Translations under genes and position numbers: made by a program | NCBI GenBank assembly: GCA_001785615.1 | Contig: MFUG01000013.1 | Location: 11,006-75,005, forward strand | Direction: 5' to 3' | Length of the DNA: 64,000 nt | From: Candidatus Nomurabacteria bacterium RIFCSPHIGHO2_02_FULL_42_19 | GTDB taxonomy: Bacteria > Patescibacteriota > Minisyncoccia > Phycocordibacterales > UBA9973 | In this document: piece after piece, positions 28,848-39,383 of the stretch | Layout: the number at the start of each line of letters is the position of its first letter | Position numbering within the stretch: position 1 is the stretch's first letter | Notes under the pieces: model-generated | Database searches by the model: none | The model's input: the letters and a program-made list of their open reading frames with translations, nothing else | What the model was told of the DNA's origin: nothing

Positions 28848-29608
28848 ATTTTTACAATCTCTAAAAATTTTAACGGATCTATGCTTGCTCGGCCAACCAA
28901 AAGTCCGTCTACTCCGCCGTTTGTCAGAAACTCTCCGGCATCGCGGTCAGTCACGGAACCACCATAAAGAATACGGGTGTTTGAGGCCATTTGGGGCGAA
29001 CTAATGTCAGATAAAACTTTCCGGATAAACACTGCCATTTCCAGCGAGTCAGCCGCGGTGGCGTCCCGGCGACTGGGAGTACTGGAGATAGACCATACCG
29101 GCTCGTAAGCAATTATGACTTTTGAAATTGATTCTTTGGAAACTCCTTTTAAGCACTCTTTCACCTGCGTTTTTACAATATTAAAATATTCATGCTTTTC
29201 ATCTCTTTCTTTTTCCCCGATACAAATCACTGGCACTAGACCGGATAGAAGTGCGGACTTTATTTTTTTATTTACAATTTCATTCGTCTCTCCTCCGCCG
29301 GCTGGCGGACTCCTCCTTTCCGAATGACCTAAAATTACGTATTTAACACCCAAATTATAGAGCATCTCAGCCGAGACCTCTCCGGTGAAAGGCCCTACTT
29401 CCCCGGGATACGCGTTTTGTGCCCCCAGCATTATTTTTCTAGAAACTTTTTTTAACTTCTCTAAGTATAAAAAAGGCGGGCAAATGACGACCTCTGTTCT
29501 TTTGATTCGCTTGATGGACTTGGCAATGTTTAGAAGCCATTTTCCTGCTTCGGTCGCCGTGCTCGGGTTCATTTTCCAGTTAGCGATGACTATATTTCTT
29601 TTTGCCAT
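28826..29608 (-). CDS. tpiA: Triosephosphate isomerase
   Basis: IVIANWKMN N-terminus, AYEPVWSIS catalytic Glu region, GGSV. Start moved to the internal Met (MAKRN). Confidence 0.85.
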   Translation of the reverse strand: MAKRNIVIANWKMNPSTATEAGKWLLNIAKSIKRIKRTEVVICPPFLYLEKLKKVSRKIMLGAQNAYPGEVGPFTGEVSAEMLYNLGVKYVILGHSERRSPPAGGGETNEIVNKKIKSALLSGLVPVICIGEKERDEKHEYFNIVKTQVKECLKGVSKESISKVIIAYEPVWSISSTPSRRDATAADSLEMAVFIRKVLSDISSPQMASNTRILYGGSVTDRDAGEFLTNGGVDGLLVGRASIDPLKFLEIVKICEALKS

Positions 29609-29645
29609 ATGGCGAATTATATCATAATGCGTTAAAATATAGGTA

Positions 29646-30974
29646 ATGAACTTCAATGCTGAGCGAAGAGGATTTACTTTAATTGAGACATTGGTCGGTA
29701 GTGCTGTTTTTATCCTAGTGGCTCTTTCTGCTTATAAGGCCTTCGGGGTATTGATGGACGCCGTGTCTTCATCGCAAGCAAAAGTTGCCGCTACCTCGCT
29801 CGCTAATGAGAGATTTGAAATCGTGCGCAATTTACCTTACGGTGATGTGGGAATAGTAGCTGGGTTGCCGGTAGGGAAAATTCAAAGAACCCAAACGCTT
29901 ATACGTGACGGCTATTCTTTTACCGTACAGACAACTATCCGAAGCGTAGATGATACTTTTGACGGCACGATTGGCGGAAATCCCGGGGACACTTCGCCCG
30001 CTGACTACAAATTGGCGGACCTGGATATAACTTGCTCAAATTGTAAAATCTTTTCTCCGCTCAAATTCACTACTCTGGTCGCCCCGCGCGCGCTGGAAAC
30101 TGCTTCCACTAATGGCGCTCTTTTTATCCAGGTATTTGATACGGGTGGTTTGCCTATTTCTGGGGCCTCGATTCATATTGTAAATACTCAAACCAACCCG
30201 GACACCGTCATAGATGAAATAACTGATAACGGTGGGTGGATAAAAGTAGTGGACGCCCCGCCGGGAACCAACGCCTATAATCTTACCGCTACTAAATCAG
30301 GCTATTCACAAGATCAGACGTACCCGCTGGGCGGAGCCGCCGGGCCAAATCCTCTTAAGCCGGATGCAACCGTCGTATTGCAACAAGTAACCCAAACCAG
30401 TTTGTCCATAGATAGAACAAGCTCACTCAATGTCTCCTCGGTAGATGCTGCCTGCCTCGCTCTCCCTGACATCGGTTTTTCTTTAACTGGCACAAAAATT
30501 ATCGGCGCGCCGGCTGTTTTGAAATACCCAACTCAGAACTTTACTACAGATAGCGCCGGTTCCCGCGTATTTTTAAGTTTAGAAGCGGATACTTATGGGG
30601 TTTTGTTAACCTCCGCTCTCTATGACTTGGCTGGCACAACTCTTTTACCATCTTTTGCCTTAAATCCAAACGAGAATAAATCCTTGCAGTTGGTTGCCGT
30701 ACCGCATATAAATAGAGCATTTTTGGTTTCGGTAAAGGACTCGGCTAACGTGACGATAGACGGAGCTACGGTGCGTTTGGAAAAAAGTGGGTTTGACGAA
30801 ACAAAAACCACAAATTCAGGAACATGCGCTACCCCGGGCCAGGTCTTTTGGAATGGGCTTGCTAGTGGAACATATACTCTGACTATTTCTAAAGCGGGAT
30901 TTCAGACATATACGGATACTGCTTTAGATATGTCCTCTACTTGGCAAGAACAAACGATAACCCTAATTCCATAA
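29646..30974 (+). CDS. Type IV pilin-like (prepilin) protein, large
   Basis: Class III signal peptide RRGFTLIETLV (G/F cleavage plus hydrophobic helix). 442 aa. Confidence 0.75.
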   Translation: MNFNAERRGFTLIETLVGSAVFILVALSAYKAFGVLMDAVSSSQAKVAATSLANERFEIVRNLPYGDVGIVAGLPVGKIQRTQTLIRDGYSFTVQTTIRSVDDTFDGTIGGNPGDTSPADYKLADLDITCSNCKIFSPLKFTTLVAPRALETASTNGALFIQVFDTGGLPISGASIHIVNTQTNPDTVIDEITDNGGWIKVVDAPPGTNAYNLTATKSGYSQDQTYPLGGAAGPNPLKPDATVVLQQVTQTSLSIDRTSSLNVSSVDAACLALPDIGFSLTGTKIIGAPAVLKYPTQNFTTDSAGSRVFLSLEADTYGVLLTSALYDLAGTTLLPSFALNPNENKSLQLVAVPHINRAFLVSVKDSANVTIDGATVRLEKSGFDETKTTNSGTCATPGQVFWNGLASGTYTLTISKAGFQTYTDTALDMSSTWQEQTITLIP

Positions 30975-30975
30975 A

Positions 30976-31611
30976 ATGCAAAAAAAGATAAAAACAAAAA
31001 ATAAAAAAGCTGATTTCGGAAACAATAGGGGTTTTACTCTGGTTGAAATACTATTCGGAGTGGGAATTTTTGTTATAATAGTTGGGGCCCTGACTTTTTT
31101 CTCCAGAAATATCTGGATTTATGGGTCTTATGTCTCTGTTGGATTGTCTGACGCCAACAGTGGAAGGATCGCGCTTAAAACAATGGTGGCGGAAATACGC
31201 ACGGCTTCTACCGCAGAGACCGGATCATATGTCATAGCGTTGGCCACCGCTACGGCTTTTACTTTTTATTCCGACATAGACAATGATGGATTAAAAGAAA
31301 AAGTAAGATATTTTTTAAATGGTTCAGAGCTTCAAAAAGGAGTCATCAAGCCGACCGGCAGTCCGCTTTTTTACAATGTGGTAAATGAAAAAATTTCAAC
31401 GCTTACTTCTTATGTAACCAACGCTACAATTTTTCAATATTATGATAAAAATTATGATGGCACGACGGCAGCGCTCACTTCTCCGATAAATATATCCTCT
31501 GTTCGTTTAGTTAAAATAACTATGGACCTGGATAAAGACCCGAATCGCGCTCCGGCCACAACAACATTTTCCTCCCAGGTCTCTTTAAGAAATTTGAAAG
31601 ATAATTTATGA
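30976..31611 (+). CDS. Type IV pilin-like (minor pilin/pseudopilin) protein
   Basis: N-terminal NNRGFTLVEILFGVGIFVII prepilin motif. Confidence 0.75.
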   Translation: MQKKIKTKNKKADFGNNRGFTLVEILFGVGIFVIIVGALTFFSRNIWIYGSYVSVGLSDANSGRIALKTMVAEIRTASTAETGSYVIALATATAFTFYSDIDNDGLKEKVRYFLNGSELQKGVIKPTGSPLFYNVVNEKISTLTSYVTNATIFQYYDKNYDGTTAALTSPINISSVRLVKITMDLDKDPNRAPATTTFSSQVSLRNLKDNL

Positions 31612-33062
31612 CCCATTCGAAGATAATCAAAAAAAAAGACGGGGATAAAGGTATAATTATAGTGCAAACAATGGTCTTCGCCGCTATTGTCGTAATCATC
31701 ATCGGAGCACTTTCAAGTTTTGCCGCTACAACCATAAAAGCAGGAAGGATAAATTTTAATCGGGAGCAGGCCCTGCAAGCGGCGGAGGCCGGCATTGATT
31801 ATTATCGTTGGCATTTGGCGCACGCGCCAAGCGACTACCAGGACGGCACTGGCGCTCCGGGGCCTTATGTGCATTCATTGAAAGACAAAAGCGGAAATAC
31901 GGTTGGAGAATTTTCTCTGGACCTTACCGCGCCACCCGTCGGATCAACGATAGTTAAAATAAAGTCAACCGGGTCTTCGGTGCTTGATGCGTCTTACCTA
32001 AGAAAAATATTGAGTTTCGTCGCAAAGCCCTCCATCGCTAAATACGCCGTCGCGGGGAACAACGCTATGCGCTTCGGCGTCGGCACGGAAATTTTCGGAC
32101 CAGTGCACGTAAATGGGGGAATACGTTTTGACGGTCTGGCGCACAACCTGGTAACCAGCGGAGCGACAACTTATACCGATGGGGACTATGACGCTTGCAC
32201 TGGCGCCAATTCTTACGGAGTCCATACCTGTGTCAACCCAGACGACCCGACATCGCCGACGCCACTTCCTTCTCGACCGGATGTTTTTGAGGCCGGACGT
32301 TTAATTAGTCAGCCGATAATTGACTTTACTAGTTTTACCGCCGACTTAGCAATATTACAGGCAAATGCAATAGCAAGTGGATTTTATAGAGACGTAGCCG
32401 GTAGCGGATATGTGGGTTATCATTTGGTCTTAAAAACAAATGATACTTTCGATTTATATAAAATAAATTCGTGGGCGAGTTTGGGTAGCTGTTCGTCATC
32501 GCCCTCGGGAACGCCCAGCTGGAGTGTTGGTACTCAAACCCTAGAAGGTAATTACCCGTTCCCGGCCAATGGAATAATATTTATAGAAGATCACTTGGTA
32601 ATAGACGGACAGATAAACGGGGCACGACTCACCATCACGGCCGCTGACTTGCCGGTACCTTCTTCCTCTTCCGGCTATAAAAATGTTTTAACAAATAACG
32701 ACTTGTCTTATACGAATTATGACGGTACGGACTCTATTGGAATAATTGGACAGAAAGGGGTAATGGTAGGGCTCTTCAGTGAAGATAACTTAAAAATAGA
32801 TGCGGCGCTTATCGCGCAAAACGACCGAGTGGGAAGATTTTATTATTCGGGCGGAAGTTGCACCTATAAAAATCGAAGTGTTATTTCTCTCTACGGCATG
32901 ATTGCCTCTTATGCCAGATACGGATTCGCCTATACAAACGGTACTGGTTATACCACGCGAAATATAACTTATGATGCGAATTTGCTGTACGCTCCGCCTC
33001 CGGACTTTCCTCTTACTTCGGATGAATACCAGATTCTTTCATGGCAGGAAGTGTATAACTAA
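31608..33062 (+). CDS. Type IV pilin-like protein (PilX-like N-terminus), large
   Basis: N-terminal hydrophobic helix IIIVQTMVFAAIVVIIIGAL after a short basic leader. 484 aa. Confidence 0.6.
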   Translation: MTHSKIIKKKDGDKGIIIVQTMVFAAIVVIIIGALSSFAATTIKAGRINFNREQALQAAEAGIDYYRWHLAHAPSDYQDGTGAPGPYVHSLKDKSGNTVGEFSLDLTAPPVGSTIVKIKSTGSSVLDASYLRKILSFVAKPSIAKYAVAGNNAMRFGVGTEIFGPVHVNGGIRFDGLAHNLVTSGATTYTDGDYDACTGANSYGVHTCVNPDDPTSPTPLPSRPDVFEAGRLISQPIIDFTSFTADLAILQANAIASGFYRDVAGSGYVGYHLVLKTNDTFDLYKINSWASLGSCSSSPSGTPSWSVGTQTLEGNYPFPANGIIFIEDHLVIDGQINGARLTITAADLPVPSSSSGYKNVLTNNDLSYTNYDGTDSIGIIGQKGVMVGLFSEDNLKIDAALIAQNDRVGRFYYSGGSCTYKNRSVISLYGMIASYARYGFAYTNGTGYTTRNITYDANLLYAPPPDFPLTSDEYQILSWQEVYN

Positions 33063-33064
33063 GA

Positions 33065-34282
33065 TTATTTAATTTCATCTAGAATAGAATAAAGCGGTGA
33101 AATCATAGAAATGGCGAAAAATCCTACCCCAGAGCCGATAAGAATCATGAGCACCGGTTCGATAATGGTGGAAAGGTTCTTGGTTTTGTTTTCAATTTCT
33201 TCTTCATAAAATGTTGCGACTTGGAGCAACATATCCGAGAGTTTACCGGTCTCCTCTCCCACTTCAACCATTTCCGACATCATTATTGGGTAAAGTTTTG
33301 GATTGGCTTTGAAGACCGCCGAAAAAGGAGTGCCTTTTTCTATGGCTAGTTTTGCGTCATTTAGGACCTGTTTGTAATAAACATTTTGCACTACATCTCC
33401 GGTTATCTCCACTGCCCTGGTGATAGAAACCCCGGCAAGCAAGAGAGACGACATTGTACGGGTGGTACGAGCCGTGTTTAGTTCTTTGGCTAAAGTACCG
33501 ATAAGTGGGAGCCGCACAACCACAAAGTCAACATACTTAGCCATAAATTTCGCCCGGAAAAGAGCCACTAAACAAAAAACAGCGCTAATTATTATGGCAA
33601 ACGTTAGTAGAAGATGATTTGAGAAAAAGTTGCCAATCCAGATAATGGCGCGCGTGGAAAGAGGCAGGGCAACCCCGAGTTCCTTAAAGGTGCTGGCGAG
33701 TGTCGGCACTACGAAAGCAAACATTAAAACGCCAATGACGACCATCGCCGAGAGAATTACCCCCGGATAAATAAGGGCTCCTTGGATTTTTTTCGTTAAA
33801 GAGTGGGCTTTCTCCAGATTGATACCGATATCCGAAAGCGCGCCAGCCAGGTTGCCGGACTCTTCTCCCGCTTTAGTCATGGATACAAAAAGTTTTGAAA
33901 AAATATTTGGGAATTTTGAAAATGCGGAGGATAACGTTTCGCCAGAATTTATATCATTACCGAGTGATACCAAAACCTTATTGAGAGTGGCATTTTTTGT
34001 CTGTTTTTCCAGAACGGACAATGCTCTAAAGAGCGAGAGCCCGGCCCGAATCATTCCGCTTAGGTTTTTTGTTAAGATTATCAATTCTGCCGTTTTGACT
34101 CTTCCTAAAAATTCCTTAAATAGGCGCGCGACATCAAAAGAGCCGCTACTTTTTGAAGTTATGGATATGGGAATACTGCCCTTGGATCGCAATTCGCGCC
34201 CAAGAGAAAAACGGTCCTGGGACTCCAGCATTCCTTCAATGATTTCTCCATCTTTTGATTTTGCTTTGTAAGAAAAAAGCAT
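33065..34282 (-). CDS. pilC: Type IV pilus assembly platform protein PilC (GspF family)
   Basis: Two GspF repeats, 3 TM segments, ~400 aa. Confidence 0.85.
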   Translation of the reverse strand: MLFSYKAKSKDGEIIEGMLESQDRFSLGRELRSKGSIPISITSKSSGSFDVARLFKEFLGRVKTAELIILTKNLSGMIRAGLSLFRALSVLEKQTKNATLNKVLVSLGNDINSGETLSSAFSKFPNIFSKLFVSMTKAGEESGNLAGALSDIGINLEKAHSLTKKIQGALIYPGVILSAMVVIGVLMFAFVVPTLASTFKELGVALPLSTRAIIWIGNFFSNHLLLTFAIIISAVFCLVALFRAKFMAKYVDFVVVRLPLIGTLAKELNTARTTRTMSSLLLAGVSITRAVEITGDVVQNVYYKQVLNDAKLAIEKGTPFSAVFKANPKLYPIMMSEMVEVGEETGKLSDMLLQVATFYEEEIENKTKNLSTIIEPVLMILIGSGVGFFAISMISPLYSILDEIK

Positions 34283-34302
34283 TTTATGTCTTCGCGATAT
34301 TT

Positions 34303-36057
34303 TTATTCAGAAACCACACGAAACACCTCTTCTAAAGTAGTGACTCCGATTACCGCTTGAAAAACACCGTCTTCCAGCATGGTCATCATTCCCTCTTTCT
34401 TGGCCTGCACTTCTATATCGTCTTGCGAACTTCCTTTGAGAATCATTTCTCTGATGGTGGCGGTTACCTTCAACACTTCGTGGATACCAACACGATTTGA
34501 ATATCCATCAGGCGATTCAGCGTTTTTTACCGCTTTATAGAAAGGAACTTTTTCCCAAGTACTTTTGGCATCTATCATTTTTTCTTTTTTAAGAAGGGCT
34601 AGCATTCGGTCCAGGTCAACCAGTTTTGCCAAATTTTTTATCTCGGCTTCGGATAAAAAGTACTTTTCTTTATTAGATACGAGTTTACGCACCAATCTTT
34701 GCGCAATAATGGTTTTAATCGTAGAAGTTAAAAGAAAGGGTTCAACCCCCATATCTACTAATCTCGGAATTGCCCCGGAAGCGGAATTGGTATGGATGGT
34801 GGAGAGAACTAAATGACCAGTAAGCGCGGCATTGATTGCGAGTCCGGCTGTTTCTCCGTCGCGAATTTCTCCCACCATAATGATATCTGGGTCTTGACGC
34901 AGGAGGGAGCGCAGCCCGTTGGCAAAAGTGAGTCCGATTTCCGGTTTTACTTGGGTTTGATTGATTCTGGGCATCTGATATTCAATCGGATCCTCTACGG
35001 TGGAAATATTAACTTCTGGTTTATTCAAAATTTCAATCATGGTGTAGAGAGTAGTCGTTTTTCCGGAGCCAGTCGGGCCCGTAGCCAGCACCATTCCGGT
35101 CTTGAGCTTGAGTGAGGCATAGATTTCTTCCAGTCCTTCGCCGTGAAAGCCGAGGGTCTCTAGTGAAAACCCCGAAGAATTTTCTTTCAATAACCTTATT
35201 ACTGTTTTCTCTCCAAAAAAGGTAGGTAGAGTAGAAACACGAAAAGAAATTTTTTCTCCGTTCTGTTCTATCTTAAACCTACCATCTTGGGGTAATCTTT
35301 TTTCATCCAGTTTCAGGTTGGCAAGGACTTTTATGCGAGCGGTTATACCGGATCCAGCATTTTTATCCAGTACCATGGCATCGTGCAATATTCCGTCTAT
35401 TCGGTAACGGATAGAAAGTTCTTTTTCGCCAGGTTCAATATGAATATCAGAAGCATTTTGCAAGGTCGCGTGAAAAATTAAAGAGTCAACAATTTTAACT
35501 ACCGGTAGCTCTTCGGCCATTTCCTTCAATTCTTTCTCTGACTTTTCACCTTCTCCGGAGGAGGGCTTGATGGAAGTAGATTCTTTTTGAATGATATTGT
35601 CAAACTCAACTTGCAAACTTTTCCGGTATTGCACCAGTACTGCCTTGATTGAGGCAGAGTCGGTAAGTCGAGGTAAAATTTTAAGTCCAGAACGCTTCTT
35701 AATAAAATCAATGACGGTTAGGTCGTCAACGTCCAGCATTGCCACTTCGAGTCCGGTCTCACTCTTTTTATAAGCAATGATATTGTAGTTTCTGGCAATC
35801 GGTTCGGGTATTAGGGAAAGGATAGAAAAATCAATTTTTTGAGTGCTTAAATCCACATAAGGAATACCCAGAACAAAGGCCTGCATTCTTTTTAAGTCGG
35901 CTTCGGATATCTTGCCGCTTGAAAGCAGGGCATCTTCAATTTTTTGATTTTTTGTCTTGGCTTTTTTTATGATTGTGTCTAGATCGGGACGAGAGACAAG
36001 TCCGGAGTCCAGGACAAATTTTTCCAACTGTTCCTCATTGATTTGCATGCTTAACAT
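34303..36057 (-). CDS. pilB: Type IV pilus assembly ATPase PilB (GspE family)
   Basis: Walker A GPTGSGKTTTL, Asp/His boxes, N-terminal GspII-like region. Confidence 0.9.
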   Translation of the reverse strand: MLSMQINEEQLEKFVLDSGLVSRPDLDTIIKKAKTKNQKIEDALLSSGKISEADLKRMQAFVLGIPYVDLSTQKIDFSILSLIPEPIARNYNIIAYKKSETGLEVAMLDVDDLTVIDFIKKRSGLKILPRLTDSASIKAVLVQYRKSLQVEFDNIIQKESTSIKPSSGEGEKSEKELKEMAEELPVVKIVDSLIFHATLQNASDIHIEPGEKELSIRYRIDGILHDAMVLDKNAGSGITARIKVLANLKLDEKRLPQDGRFKIEQNGEKISFRVSTLPTFFGEKTVIRLLKENSSGFSLETLGFHGEGLEEIYASLKLKTGMVLATGPTGSGKTTTLYTMIEILNKPEVNISTVEDPIEYQMPRINQTQVKPEIGLTFANGLRSLLRQDPDIIMVGEIRDGETAGLAINAALTGHLVLSTIHTNSASGAIPRLVDMGVEPFLLTSTIKTIIAQRLVRKLVSNKEKYFLSEAEIKNLAKLVDLDRMLALLKKEKMIDAKSTWEKVPFYKAVKNAESPDGYSNRVGIHEVLKVTATIREMILKGSSQDDIEVQAKKEGMMTMLEDGVFQAVIGVTTLEEVFRVVSE

Positions 36058-36115
36058 TATATCAAGAAATCTTGCATTCCAACAGACCTTGTGCTAGCAT
36101 GCAAGGTGTATGAGT

Positions 36116-36139
36116 CCTGTCAGAACAGGGCTTTTTTTA
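36116..36139 (+). terminator. Intrinsic-terminator-like hairpin + U-run in the nusA leader. Candidate attenuator
   Basis: cctgtcagaacagg followed by gcttttttt, ~25 nt upstream of the nusA start. No upstream plus-strand gene to terminate. Confidence 0.45.
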
Positions 36140-36161
36140 TTAAAAATTAAATAAAACAACT

Positions 36162-37295
36162 ATGTTAGACCTAAAAACATTCAAATCAGCATTGGAACAA
36201 CTGGAAGAAGAGAGGAAAATCCCGAAAGAAAAAATCCTAGACGCAATAGAGCAAGCAATGGCGGCGGCCTATAAGAAGGACTATGGTAAAAAGGGGCAGA
36301 TAATCCGATCCAAATTTGATCTGGAGACCGGCAAGGCAACTTTTTTCCAGGTGAAAATTGTAGTGGACGAGACCATTGCTCGGGTAGGAGAAGGCAAGGC
36401 AGATGGAGAAGAGTATTCGGTAAAAAACGAAAATGATGAACGCGTGCGTTTCAATGAAGAGCATCACATCATGTTAGAAGACGCTAAAAAAATAAAAAGG
36501 GGGGTGGAATTAAATGATGAGATTACCTTCCCGTTGGAACCAAAAGAGGACTATGGGCGTATCGCCGCCCAAACCGCCAAACAAGTCATCATCCAAAAAA
36601 TCCGCGAGGCCGAACGTACATCCATCATAGACGAATATGGTACTAAGGAAGGAGAAATAGTTTCAGGAGTAGTGCAAAAAATCGAAAGAGGGAATGTTTA
36701 TATTGATTTTAATCGTGCTACAGGAATACTGCCGGCGGAGGAACAGATCCCCGGAGAATACCTGGAGAGAGGTCAACGCATCCGAACTTATCTGTATCAA
36801 GTAGAAGACACGCCGAGAGGTATAAATCTTCGTCTCTCTCGCACTCATCCGAAATTTGTGGAAAAGCTTTTTGCCGTTGAGGCGCCGGAAATCGCCAGCG
36901 GCATTGTGGAAATAAAGGCCATCGCCCGGGAAGCAGGCGCTCGTTCTAAGATTGCGGTCTATTCAAATGATGAGCATATTGACCCGGTCGGCTCATGTGT
37001 CGGACAGAAAGGCACCCGAGTAAACACCATTACGGGAGAGCTGGGGGGAGAAAAAATTGATATAATTCCTTGGTCGGAGAATCCGAAGCAGTTTGTTTCT
37101 AACTCTCTTTCCCCGGCAAAAGTTATCTCTATTGAAATAGACGAGCGAGAGCATAAAGCCACGGTGGAAGTGGCTGATGGTCAATTGTCACTGGCCATAG
37201 GCAAAAGCGGACAAAACGTACGCCTGGCGGCCAAGCTTACCGGCTGGAGAATAGACATTAAGGGTGATGGGGTTTCAGAAGAAAATAAGAAATAA
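36162..37295 (+). CDS. nusA: Transcription termination/antitermination factor NusA
   Basis: N-terminal NusA domain, S1 and two KH regions (GIVEIKAIAREAGARSKIAV; GKSGQNVRLAAKLTGW). Confidence 0.9.
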   Translation: MLDLKTFKSALEQLEEERKIPKEKILDAIEQAMAAAYKKDYGKKGQIIRSKFDLETGKATFFQVKIVVDETIARVGEGKADGEEYSVKNENDERVRFNEEHHIMLEDAKKIKRGVELNDEITFPLEPKEDYGRIAAQTAKQVIIQKIREAERTSIIDEYGTKEGEIVSGVVQKIERGNVYIDFNRATGILPAEEQIPGEYLERGQRIRTYLYQVEDTPRGINLRLSRTHPKFVEKLFAVEAPEIASGIVEIKAIAREAGARSKIAVYSNDEHIDPVGSCVGQKGTRVNTITGELGGEKIDIIPWSENPKQFVSNSLSPAKVISIEIDEREHKATVEVADGQLSLAIGKSGQNVRLAAKLTGWRIDIKGDGVSEENKK

Positions 37296-37318
37296 ATTAT
37301 TATTAACAAAACAAAAAA

Positions 37319-39337
37319 ATGGATAAATTTTTATTGTTTATACTTGTCAGTTCAGTCGTATCAATACTTTACGGGTTGGTCGTGGCTAAAAAGATATTAA
37401 AAAAGAGCGCTGGTAACGAAAAAATGCAAGGAATTGCCAAAGCCATAGAAGAAGGAGCTACGGCTTATTTGAATAGGCAATACAAAACTATCGGCGTCAT
37501 TGCCGTTATATTATTTTTTATCATGGGTCTCGTTCCACAGTTGGGCTGGACGACGGCATTCGGGTTTATCTTCGGCGCGATTCTTTCGGCTTTAGCTGGG
37601 TACATTGGGATGAATGTTTCGGTACGAGCAAATGTGCGCACCGCGGAAGCCGCTAAATTAGGTCTGAAAGAATCCTTAGCCATCGCTTTTGACGGTGGCA
37701 CAGTTACCGGACTTCTAGTCGTCGGGCTTTCTTTGCTTGGAGTTACTTTGTCTTTTATGGTAACTGGCGACGTAAAAGCGCTTATCGGTTTTGGTTTTGG
37801 TGGCTCCTTAATATCAATCTTTGCCCGTTTGGGCGGAGGCATTTTTACTAAAGCCGCGGACGTAGGGGCGGATCTGGTGGGAAAATTAGAAGCCGGCATA
37901 CCGGAAGACGATCCGAGAAATGCCGCCTTTATCGCGGACAATGTGGGCGACAATGTGGGCGACTGCGCTGGTATGGCGGCGGATCTTTTTGAGACCTACG
38001 CGGTTACTTCTATCGCCACAATGCTTTTGGGCTCGCTTATTTTCCCCGACTCACCGAATGCGCTTCTCTTCCCTTTGGCCCTCGGTGGGATGGCGGCTCT
38101 CGCCTCAATTGTGGGCACTTTTTTCGTACGCTTAGGAAAATCTGCCCGCGCAGGCGGATCACCAAATATAATGAATGCTTTATACAAGGGTTTGATTGCG
38201 ACAGGAGTGATTTCGGCAGTCGCTTTTTACCCAATTACAAAAATGCTAATGGGAGACAATGGACTTTATGATGCGCTAAATCTTTTCTACGCAACCTTGG
38301 TCGGACTGGTGGTCACTGGGTTCTTGGTGGTCATTACCGAATATTTTACCGCTTCCAAATATGCCCCTGTTCGATCCATTGCCAATGCGTCGATTTCCGG
38401 ACATGGTACCAATATAATTCAGGGACTTGCGATTTCAATGAAATCAACTGCTTTACCGGTAATAGTTATCACACTCGGAATTCTTTTCTCCTACAATTTT
38501 GCCGGCCTTTATGGTATTGCGGTCGCGGCTATGTCCATGCTTTCCATGGCGGGCATTATCATAGCCATTGATGCTTATGGACCAATTACTGATAACGCCG
38601 GAGGTATTGCGGAAACAGCTGGGCTATCCCCGGAAGTAAGGACTATTACCGACGCTCTTGATGCGGTCGGCAACACCACCAAAGCAGTCACCAAGGGCTA
38701 TGCCATCGGCTCAGCCGGCCTTGCTGCTCTTGTTTTATTTGCTTCTTATACCCAAGAATTTGCAAACGCTGGTCTAAATCTTAATTTCACTTTAGAAGAT
38801 CCAAAGCTTATTGCGGGACTTTTCTTGGGCGGACTTCTGCCTTATTATTTCGGAGCGCTTTGTATGGAAGCAGTGGGAAAAACCGCGGGTAAAGTAGTCG
38901 AAGAGGTACGCAGACAATTTAGAGAAATAAAAGGAATCATGGACGGTAGTGGAAAACCAGAGTACGGAAAATGTGTGGACATTGTGACTAGTAGCGCCAT
39001 CAAGCAGATGATCGTGCCAGCCCTTATCCCAATTGTCGCACCAATTTTAGTTGGTTTTATCTTAGGACCAGTTGCTCTCGGCGGAATGTTGGTGGGCTCA
39101 ATCATCACCGGACTTTTCGTGGCAATATCCATGACCTCTGGCGGCGGGGCCTGGGACAACGCGAAGAAATACATTGAAGAAGGAAACCACGGCGGTAAAG
39201 GAGGAAATGCTCATAAGGCAGCTATCACCGGAGACACCGTAGGCGACCCTTATAAAGATACGGCCGGACCCGCTATCAACCCGATGATTAAAGTACTCAA
39301 TATTGTGGCCTTGCTTCTGGTGGCTTTCTTGGTATAA
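37319..39337 (+). CDS. hppA: Membrane-bound proton/sodium-translocating pyrophosphatase
   Basis: Signature [21 protein letters not shown]. ~16 TM helices, 672 aa. Confidence 0.9.
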   Translation: MDKFLLFILVSSVVSILYGLVVAKKILKKSAGNEKMQGIAKAIEEGATAYLNRQYKTIGVIAVILFFIMGLVPQLGWTTAFGFIFGAILSALAGYIGMNVSVRANVRTAEAAKLGLKESLAIAFDGGTVTGLLVVGLSLLGVTLSFMVTGDVKALIGFGFGGSLISIFARLGGGIFTKAADVGADLVGKLEAGIPEDDPRNAAFIADNVGDNVGDCAGMAADLFETYAVTSIATMLLGSLIFPDSPNALLFPLALGGMAALASIVGTFFVRLGKSARAGGSPNIMNALYKGLIATGVISAVAFYPITKMLMGDNGLYDALNLFYATLVGLVVTGFLVVITEYFTASKYAPVRSIANASISGHGTNIIQGLAISMKSTALPVIVITLGILFSYNFAGLYGIAVAAMSMLSMAGIIIAIDAYGPITDNAGGIAETAGLSPEVRTITDALDAVGNTTKAVTKGYAIGSAGLAALVLFASYTQEFANAGLNLNFTLEDPKLIAGLFLGGLLPYYFGALCMEAVGKTAGKVVEEVRRQFREIKGIMDGSGKPEYGKCVDIVTSSAIKQMIVPALIPIVAPILVGFILGPVALGGMLVGSIITGLFVAISMTSGGGAWDNAKKYIEEGNHGGKGGNAHKAAITGDTVGDPYKDTAGPAINPMIKVLNIVALLLVAFLV

Positions 39338-39383
39338 TCAAGTGAATCTGGGTTTATTAGCTTTAATAGAAAATCGTAATTTT

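Noticed and set aside
37920-37960. Tandem 9-bp nucleotide repeat gacaatgtgggcgacaatgtgggcgac
   Set aside because: It encodes the conserved DNVGDNVGD signature of H+-pyrophosphatases. It is a coding constraint, not a repeat element.
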